64,000 bases of DNA. Origin: Rhodoluna limnophila (GTDB lineage Bacteria > Actinomycetota > Actinomycetes > Actinomycetales > Microbacteriaceae). Below the pieces are notes generated by a model, which made no database searches, had not been told where the DNA came from, and saw nothing but the letters and a program-made list of their open reading frames with translations. This document shows, piece by piece, positions 57,762-64,000 of the stretch. The DNA lies in the NCBI GenBank assembly GCA_945883505.1, contig CAMCXL010000002.1:42254-106253 (forward strand), written 5' to 3'. The position numbers and the translations under genes are program-made. The first letter of the stretch is position 1. Each line of letters begins with the position of its first letter.

Positions 57762-60700
57762 TTGTTCAGACTTGCCACCGCCTCACTAGCTAATCGCTCC
57801 GTTGTTGGTTTGCTTACCGTTCTCGTTATTGGAGCCGGGCTACTATCAGCCACCGCACTCAAGCAGGAGCTCCTACCTTCTTTTGAGGTGCCGCAGGCAT
57901 CGATAGTCACCGCATACCCGGGTGCATCGCCCGAGATTGTCGATGCTCAAGTCTCTTCCGTTATCGAAGATCAAGTTAGAACCCTGGATAACCTAGTCAA
58001 CGTTCGATCGACCTCGAGTGCGAATCTATCGGTTGTTCGAGTGGAATTTGATTTTGGAACCACTACCTCAGATGTTGAAGAAAAGCTCAACTCGGTTATT
58101 GCAAGTGTTCAGGACTCTTTGCCTGGAGATGTTGCTCCCAGGGTAATTTCAGGATCTTTTGACAGCGTGCCAATCATTGTTTTATCGGTTGCCTCAACAA
58201 CCGGTGACAACGATTCCTTGGCTGAAATTCTGGCCGATGTTGCAGTTCCAATTCTTTCTCAGGTTCCAGGAGTTCAAGAAATCACTGTGGCCGGTGGTAA
58301 GAAAAAGCAAATCACGCTTGACCTAAAGGCAGATGTTCTTAGAGAAAATGGCCTAACACAACAAAACATAGTTGAAGCACTTCGTGCCAACGGATTTGTG
58401 ATTCCTGCCGGTTCCATTTTGGATAACGCTGGCGAACTACAAATTGAAGTCGGAACTCAAGTCAACTCACTAGAAGATTTCAACAAGCTTCCGCTGATCT
58501 CTGCAAATCCTCAAGCCAATCAAGCCGCAGCTGCGGCCGCAGCTCAGGCGGCAGCAGCTCAAGCAGCGGCAGCGGCACAAGGGGCGCCCGGTCAAGCTCC
58601 GGCCCCTGGCGCACAGGCTCCCGAAGTACCTGCTGCACCTGAGATTTTAAGCATCGAAGATGTAGCTGATGTGACATACGACTATGAACCGGTTACATCT
58701 ATTTCTAGAACCAACGGGCTGGACTCACTGGGTATTCAGGTCACCAAGACCCAAGATGGCAACACGGTTGCAATTTCCAACGCTGTTGAAGCAAAGATTG
58801 ATGAGCTCACGGAAAAACTTGGCGGCAATGTTGAGATTAACACCGTGTTTGACCAGGGGCCATTTGTTGAAAAGCAGCTCGAGAACCTAACCATTGAAGG
58901 AACTTTAGGTCTTACCTTCGCGATCTTGATCATCTTGGTGTTCCTGGGTTCGATTCGCTCCACGCTGGTGACAGCAATCTCGATACCTACCTCACTTCTT
59001 ATTACCTTCGCCGGGCTATTGATTTCTGACTACAGCCTCAACTTATTCACCCTTAGCGCCCTAACCATCGCGGTTGGTCGAGTGGTGGATGACTCGATTG
59101 TGGTTATTGAGAACATCAATAGGCATCTGTCCTACGGCGAGGAAAAGAAAAGCGCCATCATCCAAGCCGTTAAAGAAGTGGCTGGAGCCATTACCTCGGC
59201 CACCATCACAACAGTTGCCGTTTTCTTACCGGTAGCGCTGGTTGGTGGTGTAGTTGGAGAGCTATTTAGGCCATTTAGCCTTAGCTTCACAATCGCTCTG
59301 CTAGCTTCCTTGATCGTGTCTCTAACAATTGTTCCGGTACTTGCCTATTGGTTCCTAAAGACCCCGAAGGTTCAGGGCCTGGTTTCTGAAATGACCGAGC
59401 AGCAAGTTTCTGACCAGATGGAAAAAGCTCGCGAGGTCGAGGAGCAAAAAGAAAGAAGAAGTTGGCTGCAGCGCGGATACATTCCCGTTCTTCGAACCAC
59501 CCAGGCTCACCCGGTTGTGACACTAATTGCCTCGGCCGCGGTTCTGGGCTTTACTTTCTCGCTGGTCCCGCAACTAAAGACCGACTTCATTGGTGACTTT
59601 GGAGGCGACACCTTCTCGGTTCGTCAGGAACTTCCCGCCGGCAGCACCTTCGAGCAGCGCGACAAAGCATCTGAAATTGTTGAGGATCTTATTCTCGAGC
59701 AAGACGGTGTTGAGACCGTACTTGCAACCTTTGGTGGTCGTGCCGATGGTCGAGTGAACTTTGGTGGCAATGCCAACGCCACCACAATCCAGGTTTCGCT
59801 GGCCAAGGACGCTGATGGCGATGTCATCAAAGAGGCGATTCAAGACGGTATCGATGCAAGAAGCGACATCGGCGAGACCTCCATCTCGGCTGGCGGAGGT
59901 CCAGGTGTTGGTGGTTCAGGAACTATCGACATCAAAATTGCCGGAACCAGCGACGAGGCACTTTTCGAAGCCGTTGACCGGGTTCGCTCTGGGATGACAA
60001 CGGTTGAGAACATCTCGGAGATTTCTTCTTCCCTATCTGAGCAGCAAAGAACCTTGAAGATCACCGTGGACAGGGTCAAGGCAGCAGAATATGGTTTGAC
60101 TGAAATTCAGGTTTCGGGACTGGTCTCTTCAACTCTTCGCCCATCCTCGATCGGCGATGTGAATATCGATAATGAGTCAACTCCTATCTTCATCGTGCAG
60201 GAAAATACCCCTGCCACCCTCGAGGAGATTCGTGAGATTCAGATTCCAACCAGGCAAGGAATTATCGAGCTTCAGGAGATTGCAACCGTTCAAGAAGTTC
60301 AGGCTCCTGTCTCGATTACCAGCGAAAAGGGTGAGCGCGTTGCAACAGTTGCGCTAACCCCAGATACTGACGACCTGGGAGCGGTCACCAGAGAGGTCAC
60401 AGCTCAGCTTGACGAAATTGATCTCCCACTTGGCGCAACAGCAACCATCGGCGGCGTCTCGGCCGAGCAGACCGAGAGCTTCCAGCAATTGGGCCTTGCC
60501 CTGCTAGCTGCAGTGGCGATTGTTTACCTGGTTATGGTCGGAACATTCTCAAGCCTGGTGCAGCCGCTTATCTTGCTGATCTCAATTCCGTTTGCAGCAA
60601 CCGGAGCTTTGGGTCTACTGCTTCTAACGGATACTCCGCTGGGTGTTCCTGCCCTTATTGGAATGCTGCTTCTGGTTGGTGTGGTGGTGACAAATGCCAT

Positions 60701-61040
60701 TGTGCTAATTGACTTGATCAACCAATACCGCAAGCAGGGAAGATCTATTCAGCAATCGATTATGGATGGTTCTCGTCAGAGACTTCGTCCGATTCTGATG
60801 ACGGCACTGGCTACCATCTTTGCGCTGTCACCACTGGCATTTGGTATCACCGGCGGTGGCTTTATTAGCCAGCCGCTAGCAATAGTTGTTATCGGTGGAC
60901 TGGTGTCCTCAACGCTACTTACTCTGGTTATCGTTCCAGTTCTTTACTGGTTGATCGAAGGTCGCAAGGAGCGCAGAGCCCTGAAGGGACCAAAAAAGCA
61001 ACGGGGTAAGAAAAGAAGGCTTGCTAAAGCCGCTCGCTAA
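57762..61040 (+). CDS. RND-superfamily efflux permease (AcrB/SwrC-like)
   Basis: 1092 aa, 12 TM in a 1+5 / 1+5 arrangement with two large external loops. The typical AcrB-family N-terminus (ANRSVVGLLTVLVIGAGL...LLPSFEVPQASIVTAYPGASPE) and GRVVDDSIVVIENI are present. TTG start. No membrane-fusion or outer-membrane partner gene nearby. Confidence 0.85.
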   Translation: MFRLATASLANRSVVGLLTVLVIGAGLLSATALKQELLPSFEVPQASIVTAYPGASPEIVDAQVSSVIEDQVRTLDNLVNVRSTSSANLSVVRVEFDFGTTTSDVEEKLNSVIASVQDSLPGDVAPRVISGSFDSVPIIVLSVASTTGDNDSLAEILADVAVPILSQVPGVQEITVAGGKKKQITLDLKADVLRENGLTQQNIVEALRANGFVIPAGSILDNAGELQIEVGTQVNSLEDFNKLPLISANPQANQAAAAAAAQAAAAQAAAAAQGAPGQAPAPGAQAPEVPAAPEILSIEDVADVTYDYEPVTSISRTNGLDSLGIQVTKTQDGNTVAISNAVEAKIDELTEKLGGNVEINTVFDQGPFVEKQLENLTIEGTLGLTFAILIILVFLGSIRSTLVTAISIPTSLLITFAGLLISDYSLNLFTLSALTIAVGRVVDDSIVVIENINRHLSYGEEKKSAIIQAVKEVAGAITSATITTVAVFLPVALVGGVVGELFRPFSLSFTIALLASLIVSLTIVPVLAYWFLKTPKVQGLVSEMTEQQVSDQMEKAREVEEQKERRSWLQRGYIPVLRTTQAHPVVTLIASAAVLGFTFSLVPQLKTDFIGDFGGDTFSVRQELPAGSTFEQRDKASEIVEDLILEQDGVETVLATFGGRADGRVNFGGNANATTIQVSLAKDADGDVIKEAIQDGIDARSDIGETSISAGGGPGVGGSGTIDIKIAGTSDEALFEAVDRVRSGMTTVENISEISSSLSEQQRTLKITVDRVKAAEYGLTEIQVSGLVSSTLRPSSIGDVNIDNESTPIFIVQENTPATLEEIREIQIPTRQGIIELQEIATVQEVQAPVSITSEKGERVATVALTPDTDDLGAVTREVTAQLDEIDLPLGATATIGGVSAEQTESFQQLGLALLAAVAIVYLVMVGTFSSLVQPLILLISIPFAATGALGLLLLTDTPLGVPALIGMLLLVGVVVTNAIVLIDLINQYRKQGRSIQQSIMDGSRQRLRPILMTALATIFALSPLAFGITGGGFISQPLAIVVIGGLVSSTLLTLVIVPVLYWLIEGRKERRALKGPKKQRGKKRRLAKAAR

Positions 61041-61052
61041 GCTAAGTAGATT

Positions 61053-61655
61053 ATGAAGTCCTCGGAAAACCTAGTCTGGATTGACTGCGAGATGACCGGC
61101 CTTGACGTTGAAAAAGATTGCTTGGTTGAGATCGCGGTATTGATTACCGACTCCGAGCTAAACATCTTGGACGAGGGTCTTAGTGTTGTTATCAAACCGC
61201 GCGAGGACTCTCTTGCCGGCATGGGTGAATTTGTCACCAACATGCACAAAGAATCGGGCCTGCTAGAACTGCTTCCCGATGGTTTGCCTATTGAGCAGGC
61301 GGAAAGCCTAATCATCGAGCACATCAAGAAGTTTGCTCCCGAGAAAAGAAGCGCTCCGCTGGCTGGGAACTCGATCGGCACAGACCGGATGTTTCTAAAT
61401 CGATACATGCCGGCTCTTGATTCCCACCTTCACTACCGCAACGTTGATGTTTCCTCGATCAAGGAACTGGTTCGAAGGTGGTACCCGAAGGTGTATTTCC
61501 AACTGCCAAAGAAAAACGGCGGGCACCGAGCACTGGCTGACATCAGGGAGTCAATCGCCGAGCTCGCCTATTACAGAAAAGCCGTATTTGTTGAAGCCCC
61601 CGGTCCAACCAGCGACCAGGCCAAAGACATAGCGTCTTCAAACCCAATAGAATAA
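61053..61655 (+). CDS. orn: oligoribonuclease
   Basis: 200 aa. DEDD exonuclease motifs NLVWIDCEMTGLD, LAGNSIGTDRMFL and HRALADIRESI. Confidence 0.93.
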   Translation: MKSSENLVWIDCEMTGLDVEKDCLVEIAVLITDSELNILDEGLSVVIKPREDSLAGMGEFVTNMHKESGLLELLPDGLPIEQAESLIIEHIKKFAPEKRSAPLAGNSIGTDRMFLNRYMPALDSHLHYRNVDVSSIKELVRRWYPKVYFQLPKKNGGHRALADIRESIAELAYYRKAVFVEAPGPTSDQAKDIASSNPIE

Positions 61656-61689
61656 AAAGGCTTCAAAGCGAAAAAGGCTTTGAATACAT

Positions 61690-61766
61690 GGTGGGTATAG
61701 CTCAGCTGGTAGAGCGCCTGGTTGTGGTCCAGGAAGTCGCGGGTTCAAGTCCCGTTACTCACCCCA
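61690..61766 (+). tRNA. tRNA-His (anticodon GTG)
   Basis: G(-1) GTGGGTA TA GCTC AGCTGGTA GAGC G CCTGG TTGTGGT CCAGG ... GCGGG TTCAAGT CCCGT TACTCAC C CCA. The extra 5' G pairs with C73, the His identity element. CCA is encoded. Confidence 0.9.
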
Positions 61767-61807
61767 AATTTGATTCAGCTCAGTTATCTAGAAGCTAGCC
61801 TTATCTC

Positions 61808-62716
61808 ATGACCTCATTTCTGGCCTCCCCCGAGGTTTCGGCGGCCCTTGCCGCAGGCAAACCGGTAGTTGCGCTTGAAAGCACCATCATTTCTCACGGT
61901 TTACCAAGGCCTAGAAACCTCGAAGCCGCCAAGGAGTTCGAAGAGATTCTTCGCTCTAAGGGCGTTGTGCCGGCAACGGTAGCGATATTGGATGGTGTTC
62001 CAAGAATTGGCTTGGATGCCGAAGGAATAGACCGCATCGCCAACGAGGACCTTGCCAAAGCAAGCGTTCGAGACATCCCTATCCTTGCGGCCAGAAAAGA
62101 ATCGGGTGCAACAACCGTTGCCGCCACCGCCCACTTAGCAGCCCTTGCCGGAATCCGGGTCTTTGCAACCGGTGGCTTGGGCGGGGTTCACCGCGGGGCC
62201 ATCGACAGCTTCGATGAGTCGGCTGATCTATCAACTCTTGCGGTGACCCCAATAACTGTTGTATCGGCAGGTGTGAAATCGGTGCTGGATATTGCTGCAA
62301 CTCTTGAGAGGCTTGAAAGCTTGAGCGTTCCGGTGATTGGATACAAAACAAAAGATTTTCCAGCTTTTTGGCTAACTAAGTCTGGCTTCACACTGGACTG
62401 GTCTCTAGATACTCCCGAGCAAGTAGCTCATGCCATGAAGGCTCAGGACCAACTAGGTCACGGACAGGGAATTGTGCTGGCCAATCCAATTCCAATTGAG
62501 AAACAGTGGGACCCGAGTGAGCATGACCGGGTGCTGGAAATTGCATTTGCAGCAGCTAAAAAAGCCGGTGTGACTGGCAAGGCTGTCACGCCTTTCTTGC
62601 TTGGATTTATCGTCGAGGAGTCCAAAGGAAAATCTCTGGAAGTTAATCTAGATCTTGCGCGTAACAATGTTTCTGTTGCAGCAGATATTGCAAAGGCCTG
62701 GTCCGAGCTTCGATGA
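61808..62716 (+). CDS. psuG: pseudouridine-5'-phosphate glycosidase
   Basis: 302 aa. VALESTIISHGLPRPRNLE, VFATGGLGGVHRG and VVSAGVKSVLD. Confidence 0.9.
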   Translation: MTSFLASPEVSAALAAGKPVVALESTIISHGLPRPRNLEAAKEFEEILRSKGVVPATVAILDGVPRIGLDAEGIDRIANEDLAKASVRDIPILAARKESGATTVAATAHLAALAGIRVFATGGLGGVHRGAIDSFDESADLSTLAVTPITVVSAGVKSVLDIAATLERLESLSVPVIGYKTKDFPAFWLTKSGFTLDWSLDTPEQVAHAMKAQDQLGHGQGIVLANPIPIEKQWDPSEHDRVLEIAFAAAKKAGVTGKAVTPFLLGFIVEESKGKSLEVNLDLARNNVSVAADIAKAWSELR

Positions 62717-63576
62717 GCAAGATACTGGTAATTGGAGATGTCATCGAAGATGTCATAGTCATTCCAGAATCAGCAATTCGAGAAAACACCGACACCAAGT
62801 CTGCTATTCACAAGTCGATGGGCGGCCAAGCCGCCAACGTTGCCTCTTGGCTTTCGCACCTGGGAACGGAAACTACATTCGTCGGTTGCGTTGGTGCCCC
62901 AGATGTCAAAAAACTAGAATCCGAACTTTCGGAGCGCGGCATTCAAACCGCCCTGCAATCAAGTTCGAAGCCAACCGGCTCGTTAGTTGTTTTGGTTCAG
63001 GGCGCAACTCGTTCAATGCTCACCGATCGAGGTGCCAACCTAGATCTCAATCTTGGAGACATCGACCCGACCGGATTCTTGGCCGTTTACCTATCCGGCT
63101 ACTCACTGCTTGGAAGAAGTGTCGATGAGATCAAGGAGCTTGCTCAAAGAGTTAGGCAAGCGGGAGCATTACTTGCGATCGACCCGGGCTCCTACGGATT
63201 TATCCAGGACCACGGAGTTGAGAAGTTCAGGGAGCTCTTGAGTCTGGCCGACCTAGTCTTTCCAAACCTCGAGGAAGAGCAGTTGCTGAAGCTTCGGGGG
63301 CAGGTTCCCCTGACGATTATCACTAGTGGCCAAGCCGGAGCGATGGCGGCTTGGGCTGATGGCGAAATGCTTGAGATTGCGGGGGAAGCAGCCGAATCGG
63401 TTGACCCAACCGGTGCCGGAGATGCTTTTTGTGCTGGGTTTCTGGGCCGTCTTATCCAAGAACTCAATTTCCTGACCCTAGGCCAGAAAGCGGTCCAGAG
63501 CGCCCTGGAGGCCGGCATACAGGCTGGTTCCCAGGCTGTTCGGCTGGTAGGAGCAAGACCTTCCCTCAAGTCTTGA
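62713..63576 (+). CDS. PfkB-family carbohydrate/nucleoside kinase (pseudouridine kinase candidate)
   Basis: 287 aa. N-terminal GDVIEDVIV and the C-terminal ribokinase-family motif DPTGAGDAFCAGF. Overlaps the psuG stop by 4 nt (ATGA). Confidence 0.75.
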   Translation: MSKILVIGDVIEDVIVIPESAIRENTDTKSAIHKSMGGQAANVASWLSHLGTETTFVGCVGAPDVKKLESELSERGIQTALQSSSKPTGSLVVLVQGATRSMLTDRGANLDLNLGDIDPTGFLAVYLSGYSLLGRSVDEIKELAQRVRQAGALLAIDPGSYGFIQDHGVEKFRELLSLADLVFPNLEEEQLLKLRGQVPLTIITSGQAGAMAAWADGEMLEIAGEAAESVDPTGAGDAFCAGFLGRLIQELNFLTLGQKAVQSALEAGIQAGSQAVRLVGARPSLKS

Positions 63577-63661
63577 CTCTAGGTTTAGAGTTTTCCCCAG
63601 CCAAACCCCCTAACCTTCAAGCAAAACTTCAAGTTATCCACAGACTTATACACTTGTATTG

Positions 63662-63688
63662 TGGTATCACTTTGGTAGCATTATGGTA
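63662..63688 (+). promoter_or_regulatory. three TGGTA direct repeats phased at 11 bp (candidate antitoxin operator)
   Basis: TGGTA occurs at 63662, 63673 and 63684. The last copy overlaps the antitoxin ATG. The palindrome ATACA-CT-TGTAT lies just upstream at 63648-63659. Confidence 0.3.
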
Positions 63689-63894
63689 TGGCTATGACAC
63701 TTAGATTGACAGCGGAACTAGATCAAAACCTCGAGGCTACCTCAGAGCGCTTGGGTATTTCCAAGCAGCAGGCGGTCACCAAGGCAGTCGAGATGTACAT
63801 CGACGCCATGGCAGAGCGCCAGCAGGTACTGGATGCCATGGATGCCCTCATGGTTCAAGATAAGAAGCTAATGGAGCGGCTGGCTGACGCTTGA
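63688..63894 (+). CDS. ribbon-helix-helix (CopG/Arc-like) type II antitoxin
   Basis: 68 aa. The N-terminal TLRLTAELDQNLEATSERLGISKQQAVTKAVEMYI fits an RHH fold. Its stop overlaps the start of the following Doc-like ORF (TTGA). Confidence 0.65.
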   Translation: MAMTLRLTAELDQNLEATSERLGISKQQAVTKAVEMYIDAMAERQQVLDAMDALMVQDKKLMERLADA

Positions 63895-64000
63895 CCCGGT
63901 TTGTCAGCTTCGAGGCTGCGCAGCAGATAGTTCAGTACCACGGCTTCCACATCAAAGATGCCGGGTTACTGGGCTCTGCGATTGCGCGGCCTCGTACCAG
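63891..64000 (+). CDS. Doc (death-on-curing, Fic-fold) family toxin, N-terminal fragment cut by the window edge
   Basis: Not in the track because it is truncated. From TTG 63891, my translation reads (M)TRFVSFEAAQQIVQYHGFHIKDAGLLGSAIARPRT. The ..(R/K)D.GLL.SA..RP.. stretch is typical of the Doc N-terminal helix pair. Confidence 0.6.
   Translation, partial: MTRFVSFEAAQQIVQYHGFHIKDAGLLGSAIARPRT

Noticed and set aside
58503-58640. GCAGC/GCGGC-rich repetitive DNA considered as a tandem-repeat or CRISPR-like element
   Set aside because: The repeats are short, imperfect and in frame within the RND permease ORF. This is a coding low-complexity Ala/Gln/Pro segment, not a repeat-spacer array.
1-64000. 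Search for mobile elements, prophage genes, CRISPR arrays, rRNA and known defence-system hallmarks (nucleases/helicases with methyltransferases, STAND or TIR/SIR2-type ORFs, reverse transcriptases)
   Set aside because: Nothing of this kind is visible. Every ORF longer than 150 aa is accounted for by housekeeping, transport or small-molecule metabolism, and no long direct or inverted repeats flank any segment. The only accessory-type module is the RHH-Doc pair at the right edge.

Overview
This window is a densely packed chromosomal segment, almost entirely housekeeping, from an Actinomycetota genome of moderate GC (about half G+C by eye). It probably comes from a streamlined Micrococcales/Microbacteriaceae-type organism, but that is inference only. 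Gaps are short and many neighbouring genes overlap by 1-14 nt.

Gene content, left to right:
- Truncated carboxylesterase, tRNA-Ala, then rsfS, an unknown ORF and nadD.
- proA, proB, obg, rpmA, rplU and rne.
- A VKOR-family gene, then ndk, a DUF4233 gene, folC and ileS, facing valS head-to-head.
- benE, clpX, clpP2, clpP1 and tig, then tRNA-Pro and tRNA-Gly.
- nei, rpiB, a cation/proton antiporter, pepN, an MscS-family channel, glbO, an unknown ORF, tesB, ettA, ssb and msrA.
- A more accessory stretch: aldo/keto reductase, EamA transporter, trxA, a small membrane protein, a group II PLP decarboxylase, aguB and aguA.
- Several membrane proteins and hydrolases, an alcohol dehydrogenase, a LysE-family exporter and tRNA-Arg.
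- A PotABCD-like ABC importer and a D-serine-dehydratase-like PLP enzyme.
- gcvT-gcvH-gcvP, an LLM-class oxidoreductase, an alpha/beta hydrolase and an orphan RND permease.
- orn, tRNA-His, psuG plus a PfkB kinase, and an RHH-Doc toxin-antitoxin pair cut by the right edge.

From memory, the order rsfS...ettA/ssb mirrors the conserved mycobacterial block of these genes. I saw no rRNA, CRISPR array, transposase, integrase, phage gene or recognisable defence island, and no convincing new multi-gene system.

The observations most worth a second look are:
1. A group II PLP decarboxylase packed against aguB-aguA, a possible non-canonical route from arginine to agmatine to putrescine.
2. A strand-specific long-range stem plus U8 tract and a palindrome in the ssb-ettA spacer.
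3. A small membrane ORF split by one extra A.
4. An Ala/Gln/Pro-rich insertion in the RND pump.
5. 11-bp-phased repeats at the toxin-antitoxin promoter.

All functional calls come from reading the supplied translations for family motifs. No database search was possible.
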